Shown here: positions 47,859 through 61,298 of the stretch, piece by piece
Numbering within the stretch: the stretch's first letter is position 1
Layout of the letters: every line of letters starts with the position of its first letter
Assembly (NCBI GenBank): GCA_013239625.1
Contig: MU057343.1
Coordinates: 4,570,132 to 4,634,131 of the forward strand
Origin: Lama guanicoe
Taxonomy: Eukaryota
Reading direction: 5' to 3'
Length of the DNA stretch: 64,000 bases
Notes under the pieces: model-generated
The model's database searches: none
Seen by the model: the letters and a program-made list of their open reading frames with translations, nothing else
What the model was told of the DNA's origin: nothing
Made by a program: the position numbers and the translations under genes

Positions 47859-49999
47859 TGGACATGTTTGTACCTGAATACACATAATCCAGCATAATGT
47901 GTAAGAACAGTACTTCATTTAAGAGGACACCATATTTTTCAATCACTTAACAAAGCTAAATTCATATCAAAGTGAAAACCAGAAACACAGTACTGTATGA
48001 TTTATAGTATAAAAGCCCAGTCCTAGGATTTCTTGAAGGACACACTGGCCACCTGTGGTCTAGAGAGCTGACTTTGAAAATTCCTGACAAGCACATTAAG
48101 ACATTCAGATCTAGGGTTTGACTGTTCTACTAATTCAGACATGGGTCAAGCCATTTAAATGTGAGAATTAAGAAAACAAGCAGTCCCTAAACAGGTTGTG
48201 AAATGGAAAGGCAATCCTTTCTATGGGCCTGCCTTTGATAGTGAGCTTACTGTATAGCTGTCATAACAATTATTCACAACCCCCAATAGCAAAGACCAAT
48301 TCTGCCTTGAAAGGAAGGTTGAACAAACTTCATTCTTGTCTTGTCCCTGATACTTGGACAGCAAAGTTCCTATAAAAGCATGCCCAATAAGACCATTAAC
48401 GTCAGGGTGGTTTTTGCTCAAAAGACATCTTATTCCCTTCAGGCATTTTCCCTCTCTTTCCTAGTTATTTCAAAAGGTGTATCTTCCAATCACTGGTAAT
48501 CTCTTTCTAAAGTGAATTTCTGTACACCTTGTATCTTACGATTCATGGAACAAATACATATTGGCCATTAAGTATTTTTTAAATTCCAGAGGCTATGTAA
48601 GAAATGCTCTGCTTTATATGATTTTTCTCCATCAAGTGGCATTCAATATAGGAGTTTTCACACACTAAACCCATTTTATTCCATTCCTATGTGCTCCACA
48701 GCTTATCAATGTATTCTTTTCAAAAATAAAACTCATCGTTTTTATGGGTAAAAGGGCATACGGTAGGTCATCTTTTCCTATTCTTTTCCTTTAAAACAAA
48801 AAAACCACAAAGATTAATGATTCCTAAAAGATTAGCTAGGATACAACACTGACAGAAGTATTGAACAGCCTGATGAACCAGTCTTTATAAGTGACTTCAG
48901 ATCCCAACCTGTGTGGCAGATGAGGTGATCATTCTCAATCACATCACTACGAAAAAAACTCATTAACGGGCTTTACCTGGAAATTGCTAACAACATTTCT
49001 GCAGAATTCATAGGTATAATGATTCACTTTCAAATTCAAAGCTCTTCTCAGTGTTGACTTTGAGTCCAACTCCAAGCAACATCTCTTTGCTTGGAGTAAA
49101 TATGCACAAACTTCACTAATACTCAGTCAGCAACATCAAGCCCTAGAATGGATGAAACCAGAAATGGGATCTAGCCAGCTTATTCAATTAAAGAAAAGAC
49201 TATGTGTTGCACTAAGCAAAGAAGTATATATAAAATAATGCATATTGGGATTTGGGTATAACTTATTGGTTGTATTCCAGTTACAGCTAAGACCTAAGTT
49301 GAAAACAACTAGTAGTAATAGCCAGGCCCTCCCCTACCACCTATTAAAGGAACCTATCACTGACCTGCACTGCCAGGTGACAGCAACAGATAGCTACTGG
49401 CAGGGTTTCTAAGAGATGACAGAACTGACCTATTACCATAACCCCAACACCAGCAACCCCAAATCCAACCCCTAATCTCCACATGAAAGGAAGAGGAAGG
49501 ACACTCAATAGGTAATTCGGAAAGTACAGGATTCTCTCTTTCAGGGAAAATGACTATCTAGTTTGGAATACTTGCTAGAAAGGGGGAGTGGGGACAAGCT
49601 TTTCTTTCTCAGTCTGAGTTGACCAGGGTCAGACAGTTGTTGAGACAACATAAAGTGTGCTTCTTGGATTTGGTGTCCATTCTTCTCCCAGAGTGCTGGG
49701 AATAGAAGTCTCACTGAAGGGCCTAGAAAGTAAATGGAGGCATTGCCACCAGCCCTCTTGACTACACTCCTCAGAAGATGGAGATAGAATCCTAAGAAGT
49801 TCTCGCAGCTTCATGAGAAGTCACAATAAGAAAGGGAGAGCCAAGCAACAGGGAACCCAACTAGGGAAGGGGTCGGGCAGCTTGCACAATGGCAGGGACT
49901 AAATACATAGGACTACACTTCTGCGAGGTCACAAACTATACTGGAAGCCAGAGAAAGCCAAAGAGGACCACAAGAATATTCACCCCTTCCCCTATGTTC

Positions 50000-50365
50000 T
50001 GTGGTAGAATGAAAATGACCATCAACTCTTAATTCTGAGTTGGCCGTGTGGCTTGCTTTAGGCAATGAATTAGCAAGTGTGACACAAGCAGCACTTGGCC
50101 TATCACCCCTATGACTGCCACCATGTGAAATAGACTTCCAGGGCATGTGGCCCAGCTGTTTCTGTTGTTGGAGCCAATAGCCTACCAAATCTCAGAAGTG
50201 TGACTGATCATATTCCACACCATCAAGCCATCAGCTATCCTGCCACATGACTGCAGATGTATGAGAGAGTAAGTACAGCTCAGTTAAGCTGGCCCAGAGT
50301 AGAAAAAGCATCAACTCAATCACTGAATTGGAAGGATAATTAGAATGGCTGCCATGCTAAACTTC
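50000..50365 (+). mobile_element. Old MaLR LTR (MLT1F/G/H-like), degenerate
   Basis: tgtggtagaatgaaaatgacc...gtggcttgctttaggcaatgaa...gtgtgacacaagcag...ccatgtgaa...tgactgcagatgtatgagagag. Confidence 0.55.
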
Positions 50366-53300
50366 TTGCAACCAGAGTTGGGCAAAACACAAATGGCCTG
50401 GTTTACAAGGTTTATCTCATCATTTCACAGATGACAACTGCACTCTGACCCTGAATCAACTTAAAAATGCTAGGAAAAAATTTTTTTTTCTTTAATGGTT
50501 CCTTTACAAAAATAATTAGAAGATAAAAATACTAGTACAAGAAAGCCTTCTAGAGAAGCAAGAAATAGTCACTGCAGAGTCACTCTGACCTTGAGCAGTA
50601 TGAACTAACCTAAACAGTGGACCTACGTCACCTGGTGTGGCACAAAAACAGGCAGCATTTGCTTTGCTTTAACTTATCTTCTGGTGAGTTGAAGAAGTGA
50701 AATGCATGAGTTCCATCCTAAATTAATTAGCTCAATCCTTCATTCATCCATCATCTGCTAGACACATACTCCATGCAAACCAACAACTACCTTCAAGGAG
50801 AAATCATGATAAGTAAGACAGATCGAAAAGAAGTAGGAGAGGGGAACTGAGGTTTATCTCTGACAGGTAGAAGGCTGGGCACTGTAAAATGCATTATCTC
50901 CTTTAACAGCCCAAACCCTACAAGAACCATCATTCTTAGAGATGTATGGATAGGCTCAGAGAGGCTGCATGACCATGTTTTAATAAAGGATGACCTTTTT
51001 GTTAGCCCCCAAATTCTCTGTCACGTAAGGAGAGGAGGCATGTACACTGTGATATAAGAAAGGAGGACGCAGGGCTCCTAAGAGATTCAGAGGGAAAAAA
51101 AGACCACAGATTACAGACAAGAAGGGGAGAATTACAAAAGTAAAGCTTTATTAACAGGATTTTGAATTAGGTTTTGAAGAACAGAAAACAAAATCCAATG
51201 CTGTTGGAAATGGGGGTAAATATCACTTTCTTCTGTTTTCTTATCAGAGAAATATATTTCACTACATAGAATTACCAAATATAGAAAAATATAAAGTAGA
51301 GAAAAATTTCTTAGGCACCTAAATACAGCCACAAATAACCTGTGGTCAAGGTTCTTAAACTGGGAGTATACTATGCGCAGTTTTCAGAGGTATGTGAACA
51401 GATTAGAAACAGAACAGCACGCAGTTTGCTTTGCCCAACAAAGAAACCATCCAAAGGGCAATAGTGACATCTATTCTTCAACAGGTTAAAATACGGATAC
51501 TGAGTAGCAGACTCATCAAGTCTAACCTGTATTCAGGTGAAGTTAGATGGCTAAGTATTCACTGAGATAGAATTTTATAGAGTCTGCTAGGAAATCAACT
51601 TAATCTTGGGACAGAAATCCATTCACTGTCCAACAAATGTTTATTATGACCCACTGGAATACATACTATAGAAGTGTCAAAAGAAATAAGAAGCAGACTT
51701 AGGTCCATAAAATTCATAACACACCAACATATTTGAGTTTGTATGCCTTTTCTATCATTTTCATAGGCTTTGGTGTGGGGAGAGTAAGCTGATCCAGGGT
51801 CAGAGTTCACCATCTTGAAACTGAAATCTCTCTACACCTATGAATACATGACTTGCCTATCAACAAATCCAGTTGCTTGATTGTAAACACACATACACAA
51901 AGACACACGCAAGCCATTGTTTCTTAAAGTTAGTAGCTTTCAATCTGCTCAAAATCGCAGTATCAAAAGAAAACAAATTTTTCCGCTTGTGATATATAAA
52001 ACTCTGAGAATAAAAACAGATGTTCTCTCAAATTTAAGACTCATAGAGAAAAAGAGCAAACAAAACTTCTACTTGGTAATCATCCATCCTTTAATTTTGG
52101 CAAGCTGAGAGTTAGTGTAAAAGATGTTCCTATGATTTTTTCCAGGAAGATTTTTATCTTAATTCACATGGATTGCCACCCCCACCCCCAACTCCTGAGA
52201 ATTTGATGCGAAATCCTAAATCCAAATTTCTAAGAAAAAGCACTGGCTTTGAATGGCAGGAGTATCGTAAGGCTTGTTGCCATCTGGGTTCCTGTCATCT
52301 TTCTTTGGACATCTCCCAAAATTAGGATTATATTTCTATTCCAGACACAACTTAGAATGCAGCTCCTAGTGCTCTGGCAGGGGCAGTGAGGTGATCAATG
52401 AAACCTAAATTGGAGGAAAGGATACCTAGTCCACTTCCTAGAGAGAATCAACACATGAAGATGAAGCACCTGAGCATAGAATGTAGACAAATGAAATGTG
52501 GGAAATAAGATTAATGAAAAACACTTCACTTTACATGGGTCAAGGTCCATTCTAGAATTTTTATTTCCACCTTCAGCTCATTATGGGAACACAGAAAAGG
52601 GACGGGGCAGATGAAGATCCATGAAGACATCTTCATTTCTGACGTGGAACGGGAGACAGATGGGATATAAAGAATGTGTCTTGGCTGATTTCAAAAGAGC
52701 ATGCTATCCTTTGGGAAAACATCTGGGATTATATTGTTTTGCAGAACAGAAGGGAAGAATTCCAAGCTCTCACCCTGCTTCAGACTTCTGTCATTCTTAC
52801 CCTGCTGTCACGAAAGAAGCTAAAAATATATCTGGAAGTCCCTACAAAGTTAAAGACATTTTGTATATAAATGTCTAGTTTCTTAGGCTGTATTCGTCTT
52901 CACTATGTGTAGAACATATGTCACCACTAAGTTGGGCCATGTTTGGTTACTCACCACTGTTCATAGTTGAAATTCTGTTGCCAAACACTGAAAATAAACT
53001 TAACCATAAATGTTTTTCTAACAGTCTATGACTGAATGTATGATACATACTAATCAAAAAACAAAACAAAACAAAATCTTTTGTGGCCAGTCAATGGCTT
53101 CTACTTCTTAGAAATGATTTAGACTATATAAAGGATATTGTAAGGCCATCAAAATAAGGTGATAGAGCAAAGATTATCCAGCAAACGCTATGCTGTATGT
53201 ACATATGTGTATTCTATCATCATAGCTATTGTAATAAATATGCATTCAATTAGATAATCATGCATTCCTCCCTGTCCAAGGAATCTCACTTTCATATATG

Positions 53301-56300
53301 TAAGGTTTTACTATATTTGGGGCCACTTTCACTATGCACACAGTCACATGTGCTTCTGGCTTAGAATGTAGGAATTCGTCATTTTTGATAGGTTTAAAAA
53401 AAAAAAGTTTAAGGTTGAGAAACCTGAAGTTTAAGCATCTAAATTGGTAAGGAGGCTAAAGGAGATAGTACAGGTCACAGACCCAAACCTATGCATGTCA
53501 CTGACCATACAAACACGAGCAGCCTAGCAAAATAGGGAGAGAAGCCAACACAAAGTCTCCAGGTGTCCTTTATTGTCTTTTTATGCTTATATAGCTTTAA
53601 ATTCTCCTTAAAGAAAATATATTGGTTGTTTTATACCAGAAAACGCTACAGCAGAAGTTGATGACTATTAGTAAGTAATGTGTGGTACAGGAAAGGATGG
53701 ACAGTGGAAGAAAAGGGGCACCCATAGGGATTGGGGCCACATTTGAAGGGAGTCAACAAGGTAATGCAGTTTGGTGGTCTTAACTGAGATCGAGGGGAAC
53801 GTACTCTGTGGCAAATACTACCTTTCACCACGTGCCATGAATGCACTAGAAGTTTCTACTTTTATGTTACTCAGGGACCCTGCAAAGGAAGGGTTATTAC
53901 TTCTGAGAGAGGACTCACTACAGTTAACAGCGTGCCCAACACCAGTACAGCACCTGATATGTAGCAAGAAGTCAATAAATATCATGGTTTGTTATTAGAA
54001 GCCAAATGTTACCTATTACAGTTCATTTTATTATAAAAATTTATTTTGGAAGCTAAATCTTTTTTCCATAGTTACAAATTTAACCTTTGTCATTCATAAA
54101 TTTGTGTATTATATATTATAATAGATCTATAAATATAGTTTATATTTATAATATGCATACATACATATATAGATTTAGGAAAAAAATCTAAAAAAAGAAA
54201 CTAAACATCACTATCCCGTATTTATATTTACTGTAATGTGTTTTTTTCTTAATGCCACCATTTTAGACTTAGGAAATACCTTAGAGTTTATTAAATGTAG
54301 TTCTGGGGGGAGGGGGATCAGTGTATCTAATTAATCTATTATTTCTGCCACAATAAATAAATAAGCTTTTGTCTTGTCTCTCAATTTCAAAATAACAGTA
54401 ACATGCTTAAGACAATGTCAAAAATGGAGAGAGAAATCAAGTCTCTTCTTCCTACTGAAGTCTGACTGTTTTTTTAACTTTAAATGCTATATAGTCATCA
54501 TTTGGCCAGGATCAGTAATTAGCTATTTTCTTATACAAATGGAAACAACTTAAAGATGTCTCTTCTTCATCCCCTGTATCTTCACTCCTTTTTGTTTTTT
54601 TCATTCAGCCTTGCCAGGGAGAAAAAAACCTGAACTGAATCATGTGTACTGTTTCCTTACCAGGGATTCACTTCCAAGCAGTGGTGACATATTCATTTCC
54701 TCTTTTTCTCCCTGTCAGAATGGGGTATCACCACATGCTAGTGTCCCAGAACCATGTCATACTCTAATCTCAGGTTCTCCATCAGGCACCTCCCAGAAAG
54801 CTTGAGTAATTCGCACATCTTCAAAACTGCTCTGATGAGAGCCCAGAAACAATCTTTTAAATTGTGTCAAATTTTCACTTCTCTGAAAGGTACATTTCAA
54901 CAGTTTTCATGGCAGGTGAAACCTTGAATTTAGCAAATCAGCTGGTTTGGCCTGTTGTATAAAACTTCTGCGTAATCAAACGTGTATCTCATTTTATTTT
55001 TGTTGTTGTCACTGATCATTTACTTTAGGACTTATCATTAATTTGCTTATATGCAGTGATGAACTGAAATAAAATGGCAGATGGCCACAAAATAGTGCTT
55101 GGCATTTAAAAAAAAATGTTAATACAATAAAGGTTCAAGATACTGCATTTAATGATTTAGTAAAAATATTCATAAGAGGTACAAATGCTTTCATGATAGA
55201 TGCGGGATTAAGTACAAGCTAAGTTTTTTATTTTTCTATTAGATTTAAGCCAAACTGTTTTTATTCTCATTAAATTGATATAATTAGTCCCTAATTGATT
55301 TTCTTTTAAAAAACAAATGAGAAACATCCAATAATTCAAATACTCATATTATATCACTTATGATCAAATTTTATTTAACACAGTAGTTTTTCCCTTTAAA
55401 ATCTGTTTAGGGCCAGATCTATGCCTATTTTTATTTGAGTGGAAAAGACAGAAGTTACCATCCTTAAATTCCATCCTTTGGCGATGTCCTCATGATGAGG
55501 GCAATGTAATAAATTCCAGTTATCAAGGACAAGAAGCCTAACAGATTCACTCTTCCATTTCCATTCAAAAAACCATACTATAGTTCCAGTACCCATTTCA
55601 GTTACAATTTTAAGAAATGTGCTATAAGCTGGCCTGCAAAGAAATCCCCCCAACACATTTCAAACTAACACCTCTGCTGAATCCTTGAGCCTAGTAGTTT
55701 AACTGTCACAGGTATAATTTACAGCTCCAAGAGCAGCTGACTAAAAGAATACCATTTTGACTTTCAAAACACATTTCCACTGTAAATGTAAAGCTTCATT
55801 AGGTATTCATGTCTACCTAGAGCAATTAATATGAATTTGTAGAAGTCTTTATTGACCACTTTTCTATCTCTTCCACTAGGTAAAAGCACATTGATTTCAT
55901 TCCTACTATCTTCAACTATTATCAACAGGCATTCTCAGGGAAAGTTCAAGTATAGTAAGCAAGCAAGAGAGCTGGATATCAAGGGAGATGTAAACTCAGA
56001 ACTAATGCTACTTCTCTTTTCAATGAGTGAAGGATTATGTTTTATGCAGGCCTCAATTTGCATAACCTAAAAAGTCATCATACTGCTTTTTAAAGATTTA
56101 TTACAGATTCAACACATTTTGTAATCTCTTAATTCAGCAAGTTATAATCCACAGATGGAAATAAATGAAATTAAAAGGATGAGATGGATTTTTAAAATCT
56201 AAGTAAATCATGTATTTTTGTATATAACAAAGTTTTAAACTTTGTTGATAACAAGGCCAAATGCAAAATAGGGTATGGGAGAAAACAAACTAGGAAATTT

Positions 56301-57549
56301 AGATAGAAGCAATTCAAATGGATAGTAGTCATTATCAATTTTAAATACGCATATACTGTTTCAGTGCCAAAGAAGCTCTTTCATATTAAGAGTAATCAAC
56401 ATGTAATAAACTGAACAAAATATATGTGTATATATGAGTGTCTATAACCCTGGACAAAAGCTGAATAAAGTCATTCAATCAACTGTAGTCAGATGGTGTA
56501 GCAATGCTAAGGATGGATATACTTTTGTAGTTACTCCTCCCCTCAAACCATCAAACAAATAATACCCTTCAGAGACTTTAGGCTAAGCAGTGGTTTCTCA
56601 AAGTGATGTACTTAGGCTGTGCCTGTAAAAAGTATATAAAATATTTTCCAAAACAGGTGTAAACAATGTTTAAGAATGAGATCTCTACTAGTAAATGGAT
56701 ATGTCTTTTGTGTTTTTTTCAGTCTAATGTTGATAGGATCCAGATGGTAAATCAATTCTTCAGGGTTCCCTGCCCACATGCAAACAGAATTGCAAAAGTT
56801 CTCCCTCCTTTTTATAGTCACAAAGACTACAGTCTCCTTCAATAGCCATGGTATTCACAGATTCAAATTTCTAGAGTTCATTACTTTAATCAAGCCTTTA
56901 GAAAGGAATCCCTCCTCTTTTTCAACCCAGGACTGGAAAGCAGTGTTGGCTCTGCTGTAGATGATGAGGGTGATAGTTGAAATGTCTAAATAAATACATT
57001 TTAATGATCTAGATGCTTCCAATGACAAGCCAGAAGCTTAACAAAACCACAACTGCTTTAAAAGTTATGCAGTTTGTAAAAGTGCATGTGTCAGGGCACT
57101 AGAAAGCCACTAATACACCCAATAAAGTTAAAAAGTTAGCACACTTCCCTGAAGGCTCTATTACTGAAACAAAAAACTGTGAATAACTTATATCAAAATG
57201 AACTGCTGTTAGACGGAGAAAAAGTAATTTATACATTTAAAGGAAGCAGAAATTCATAGCCCCACTGGTGACAGTTGCAGAAAGCTCCCCATTTTCCCAT
57301 TTGGTTTAATAACAAAATTTTCTATAGACTTCAGTCAATTACAGGTTTGATAAAAGGGTTACAAAGTGAAGAGTACTTAGGGCTTATTGATAGGCTATCA
57401 ATCCTCATTCCTCAATTTATTTACTATAGCCAAATTTTAAGCTAAATCGATACTCTAAAAATTTCATATAATGGTATTCTTATATACCTCTTTATACTTT
57501 TTTTCTGCATGTTTTAAAATTTAAATATTTTTAAAACTTTCCCCTAAAT

Positions 57550-57835
57550 CTATGGTTTGATTTTCTCTTAAATATCTTTTGAGAGAAGTTTTGAATTTTG
57601 ATGATTTCAAGTTAACAATATTTTCTTTAGAGATTGTGGTTTTGGGGAAATACTTCCTAATTCAAATCACAAAGATTTTCTATGCTTTTTTCATCAGTTT
57701 AATGGTTTTACGCTTTTTTTTTTTTACATTTGGATCTATAAATTAATTTTTGTATCAGGTACAAGGTATGATTGTAAGTTTTGATTTTCTTTTGGCATTT
57801 ACATACCCTTTCTAGCATCATTTTTTCGAAAGACA
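57550..57835 (-). mobile_element. Old LINE-1 ORF2-region fragment, antisense
   Basis: agaagttttgaattttgatgatt...aatcacaaagattttct...ttaatttttgtatcaggtacaaggta...tagcatcattttttcgaaagac. Confidence 0.6.
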
Positions 57836-57839
57836 GGTA

Positions 57840-58212
57840 CCTGGATAAACAAACTAATATACTCAAAACATTGGAATACTATTCAGCAATAAAGAGTTAA
57901 CTTACTGATACATACACCAACATGGATTAATCTTGGAATAATTATGCTTAATATAAGCCAGGCAAAAAAAGTGTACATATTGCATGATCCCATTCATATA
58001 AAATGCTAGAAAACAAAAACAAAAATATAGCGACAGAGAGGATCAGCATTTGCTTGGGGAGTGCTGGGAACCAAGCTAGGGGAAAGAGGGCTGAGACAGA
58101 GGGATTACAAATCCGACAGTAGTTTCACAGGTGTGTCCATGAGTCAAAACTTAACACTCTGTAGGGTCCTAAATATGTGTAACTTATCATGTATCAATCA
58201 TATGTAAATGAA
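57840..58212 (+). mobile_element. Old LINE-1 (L1MB/MC-type) 3' fragment, sense
   Basis: tggataaacaaact...tggaatactattcagcaataaaga...acatggattaatctt...ttatgct...atgatcccattcatataaaatgctagaaaa. Confidence 0.75.
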
Positions 58213-60252
58213 AATATATACACATATTATATATGTGTACATATTCACACAAACATATAACATGTTTCAACAGATTCTTCTTAGGAGTTAACATGCACAA
58301 TTGAGTCATGCCACACTGTTCTCAACAAGGCAAGAAACTTTGGAAAGTTTTGTTCATCTAATTGTGTGGTTAAGTGCAGTTCATTGGTTTGCATGTTTGC
58401 TTCATGAAGGAAGAACCTGAAGAAGTGTTTAAAAACAGATCTGACCAATCTAAGCAATATAAATATCTACTATCCAATTAATCACATTTACGTTCCCCAT
58501 ACTCTAGGTATACCGGAAGTGGTAAGGTTCAAGAAAATCACAAGACGAGTGCAATTTATCTACGGGTTATGAAAACCTTTGACAAAATTTGTCTGTAAAA
58601 GTACAATAGATTCTTCACTGCAAAATGCCCTCAAGTGAAGGTAGTTATGAAAGTAGCTGCAAAGACAAAAAATAAGAACTCAACATAAGGGGGAAACAGA
58701 ATGTGGCGGTGAGGTCTGCTCCCCATAAGTGGAGTTTTGAGCTAACCACAGTGGCTAGGAGCTCAACAAACCATGGTGATGTAAACTTGGGGGAGGTCAG
58801 GGAAGAGGTGGGGCTGGAGGACTTGAGAGCTCCCACTGCCAGATGTGACAGCTCCTCACACATGGAAACTCTCCCTGAGGTTATAGGCTTTTTTTGTGAT
58901 CACCTCACTGCTATTTAACATGTGCCTATGTCCTAGAATAATAATTTCCTATAGCACTGTTTTTGTATGAGAACCACATTTGGTTGCTTAAGTAATAAGC
59001 TATTAATTCACTACCCATAAAAAGGATGAGATTTATTTTCTCATCAAATATTAAGCGCTACACATTGCATTAGACTTGAATTTGGAATGTAATTCCTAAG
59101 CATGAGTAGTGTTCCAGGAAGCACTTTCCTCTCACATTTTTCTCTCCTTGACACTTTGTTTTTTATCTATATTGCCACCGTCGAGAAAATACAAATAGTT
59201 TTTTTTTTACCTAAATATACTGGGAAGATAATGCTTAACCTAATAAACATTCTACACACAGAAGTACATTAAACTGTTTAGCTATCAAAAGTAAGGAGAA
59301 AAGAAAATGCAGAATGTTTAGTTTCTTCTATTTTAATTTTAAACAGTAAAACCCACCTTAAAATACTTCAACTTTAGGAGGAACTGACCTTATGGTTTCT
59401 AAAGTGCCTATCATGAAGTATTGGGGTAGATTAATCATCGCAGTTTTGCCGTTAATAGTATTAATATACTTCCTGAAACCACAGTATATTATAGAAATAG
59501 AAAGTCTCAGTTCAAGTACTGTTTGTGTACAGCAAGAAAATTACAAGACAAACTTTATGAGATTCCAGTTTCTTTAGGACTAGTTCTGAACGATTATAGA
59601 TCATGTATGTGAAAGTTATAAACCAGGGTTCCCAGGAAAGGTGGATATAGAATAAAATCACCAGTGGGATAGGAATTGAAAATATCTTCTCTGAAAAGAA
59701 ATACACTGAATGTAAAAAGTATATATAGCAAGTTTCATTTATAGACCAATACACTCTCTGGGGCTGGTGCAGTTCTTAAAACTACTGTCACAAACATATG
59801 ACAAAAGGTATATTTGGGAGAACTGCTTGCTCTATGGTTTTGGTGTATTTCTGCTTCAAGAAGGAAGCCAGCCAAGGAATCACTGTTTAGGAATCTGTAG
59901 GAATAGCTAAGCCTCCCGTATTTTTTTCAATCATGTTCCTTAAACAACCAACCAACCAACCCTGGGAGTCACATTCCTTATCTTGCTGTTTGACTGTGAG
60001 AATAATGGCAAACTGAAAGCTGATAATCAGACACTACTATTCTGACAATGTCCCCACTGCAAAGCAGCTCAATGAAGGACAGAGGGAGATCCCAAAGGTG
60101 AAATGAGTTAAGACAAGATTTGAAAGAACAGATCCGAGTAGACCATCAGTAACTCTCACTAACTGAAGCTTCCTGGGGGCAGAGTCTGTCCAGCACAGAT
60201 CCTAAAACATGGTTAAGTATTCAGCACATATTTACAAAGTGAAAGAGGCATA

Positions 60253-60294
60253 CAAAACAACACAAAACAAAACAAAACAAAAAAACAAAAAAAA
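60253..60294 (+). repeat. (CAAAA)n imperfect microsatellite
   Basis: caaaacaacacaaaacaaaacaaaacaaaaaaac. Confidence 0.8.
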
Positions 60295-61059
60295 CCCCTC
60301 ATATGCACTATGAACTGCCTAGAAACTATAAAATTTTAACAGGAAAAATGACTATGAAACATAGTCCAGGCCCTTTCTGTTGAAAATTCCAAAGAAGGGA
60401 CACAAATGGCCAAATGTTAAGGCTGTGGTGCTAAAAGTCTGCAGCATCAGCATCAGCGCTGCCTCGGGCAGACGGCTCTAGTCATCTCAGTTTTGGGTGT
60501 TGTTCCTGGTAAAAATGTCATTCCTGTCTTGGGGTCTTCTCATCACCTAGAACACTCTCTCTTAAAGTATGTTTCCTATGTTTGTGCTCATATAAACTCT
60601 ATATAACCCCCTCTTTCAAATACTGCCTTCTTCAGTCAGTCTTTCCTGTTTATCCTAGCTGTAAGTAATCTCTCCATTTTCTGAATGATACAATATTTTA
60701 GGAGTAGTTTTCCAAGAGTGTTTCACATTGATTCCGTTGAAAAAACAAAACAATCAGTAGGAAAAAAAATCACAAAACAAGGCCACTGTGTTTCATGATG
60801 AATTTGACTTCGATGCTGCTCTTCTTTTTACTCATTCCATTCCTTCTGCCTTATATTATTACTAGCCCACGATCCTGCCCCTTCCCCTCACACAAATATT
60901 CTAGACCCAGCTAGCTGTCTTCAAAAATATCTTCCCTGACTTCTTCCTCATCTGCAATCCCAGCTAAATGAGGTACCAACCCACATGCTTCCTTAATACC
61001 TCGAGCCCATTTCCTTCTTTACAAAGGATGTTACAATTATCTGGGAAAACAATGTCTCC

Positions 61060-61298
61060 CAGTGAACTGAGTTCCTTGAAGAAAGGGACAGCACACCTCA
61101 GTCATCATAATATTTCTAGCACTTTGCCAGGTATCATCATTGCAGTGATTGCTCAACATTTTATGAATACATGTATTTATTTGTATTTATCTACCTTCTG
61201 TATTGGGTTATAAGCTCTTTGAGGTCAAGAAATTCCTAATTCAAGATGTCTGTACACAGTAGGAATTCAAAATATCTCATCAATGAATAAATGAATCA
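61060..61298 (+). mobile_element. L2 3' end fragments (probably two in tandem)
   Basis: actgagttccttgaagaaagggac...tctagcac...gctcaacattttatgaata; then taagctctttgaggtcaaga...acagtaggaattcaaaatat...tgaataaatgaat. Confidence 0.55.

Noticed and set aside
37473-48062. Partial CTCF-like motifs (ccagatggcagca at about 37476; accacaggtggcca at about 48048)
   Set aside because: Only half of the consensus matches, which cannot be supported without a PWM scan or ChIP data.
49069-49097. Perfect 11-bp inverted repeat with a 7-nt loop (and a 9-bp one at about 10358-10382)
   Set aside because: Too short for a pre-miRNA, and occasional hairpins of this size are plausible by chance in 64 kb of AT-rich DNA.
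49800-49810. Minus-strand AGCTGCGAGAA resembling the meB (ELRE) microexon
   Set aside because: It lacks flanking AG/GT and lies upstream of the Ig2a exon, in the wrong intron. Chance match.
58604-58614. Minus-strand agAATCTATTG resembling the meA3 (ESI) microexon
   Set aside because: It is followed by TAC rather than a GT donor, has no pyrimidine tract, and is in the wrong intron.
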